DNA of 35,739 bases from assembly GCA_000934665.2 (NCBI GenBank), contig KZ539035.1, positions 1 to 35,739 of the forward strand, read 5' to 3'. This document shows positions 34,809 through 35,739 of this stretch, one piece after another (the stretch's first letter is position 1; each line of letters opens with the position of its first letter). The notes beneath the pieces are model-generated. The model did not search any database. It was not told the origin of the DNA and saw only the letters and a list, made by a program, of their open reading frames with translations. The position numbers were made by a program, and so were the translations under genes. This DNA comes from Catajapyx aquilonaris (Eukaryota).

Positions 34809-35084
34809 TATAGTAAATGCAGTATAACTCGAAAATTGTGCCTCACAGCACAATTCTAAGTACAGATATGGAATCAGCGCAGGAAGTACTATAGGAAACA
34901 CTATTCACATCTTCAGAAAGAACACAAGTATCTTTTGTAGAACAGTTAAATTCAATGCTATATCTGCAAAACATATCTATTATTATCTGGAGAACCATGC
35001 ATGAGCCAGGCCTCAAACTTAACATCCTGAACCTTGCATCGGTCACAACTAGTGTCACCAAATACAACTGATATACGGTAACGC

Positions 35085-35546
35085 AAATACATCACTAATT
35101 GTCGGGGTCCTCATTCTTGGGCATGTGCGTGACCAAGTGATCAATGAAATGTAAAAATAAATTTTACTTACATTTTACATCCCCCCCTCATGCTGTAATA
35201 TGCCTCGCGGGGTGGTGGTAAATAAACGATTATTAATATTATTAAAGTTACATTTGAGAGAAACACAAATTCCATAGGCGCATTCTCCTAGCGTTTCTCT
35301 TTCTTTTGATATATATGTTCGTTGGGTTTTGACCACTTCCACTAACTGCAAAGAATTCTCCAAAAAAGGCCTAATTTTTGGCCATTTTCAAAGTTTCCTG
35401 ATTTTTCCCCTCCCAATGGTATTGCGCAATGTGGCTGAAACTTGATATGCAGCATTATGGCACATGTCCGTACACCTGTGATTATTTTCACCAAGGTCCG
35501 AGACGCTTTAAAAAGATTTCGGCTCACTGGATTCGGAAAGACCCCC
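35085..35546. mobile_element. Single arm of a diverged relative of the 12377-14265 foldback
   Basis: Colinear similarity to 13952-14265 (ACATCACTAATT, GCATTCTCCTAG, TTGCGCAAT..GGCTGAAA), ending GGAAAGACCCCC|TA. Confidence 0.7.
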
Positions 35547-35739
35547 TAGTAAACCGGTGCAAACTTTAAAACAATATATCTCAAAAACTAGAGCTGATGG
35601 AGCAAAACGAATGCCAGTTTTGGAATCGGTGCCACAGATATACCCTAAAATCGGTCCAACATCCAAGGCACCAAAAAGAAATTTCAATTTTGTTCCTGTG
35701 TGTTATTAATGTTCACTCCTATATATATATATATATATA

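Noticed and set aside
35548..35705. Right end of another TIR element (...TTTTGTTCCTGTGTG)
   Set aside because: No matching left end or TSD was found.
32200..35739. Further upstream ARID2 exons
   Set aside because: No ORF with convincing splice sites or ARID/RFX-like sequence was recognised.

Overview
Eukaryotic, probably arthropod/insect, genomic DNA from a draft assembly (Ns sit mostly in G/C runs). The window lies inside one minus-strand gene. Three coding exons (about 32054-32155, 8468-9382, 1653-2102) join in frame at phase-0 GT-AG junctions. They give a low-complexity, Q/A/T-rich protein segment with LxxLL motifs (SALIKSLLASK|VAQRQRQ..., GLLADLLERK), which I recognise with moderate confidence as the middle region of ARID2/BAP170 (PBAF subunit). 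The 22.7-kb and 6.4-kb introns and the flanks consist largely of non-autonomous transposons, identified from terminal inverted repeats (TIRs) and target-site duplications (TSDs). These include TA-TSD Tc1/mariner- and pogo/Tigger-like MITEs, 8-bp-TSD hAT-like and P-like MITEs, AWWT-TSD Sola1-like elements, a PIF/Harbinger-like MITE, TTAA elements, two Helitrons, long foldbacks and four tRNA-derived SINEs, nested up to 4-5 levels deep. No intact transposase, RNA gene or CRISPR array was found. The most notable observations are a 3.9-kb hAT-ended composite that appears to have captured truncated pieces of other elements, two Helitrons sharing nested cargo, modular SINEs, and four in-frame 5' splice sites on one exon. 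All alignments were done by eye, and family names are inferred from end/TSD signatures rather than database searches.
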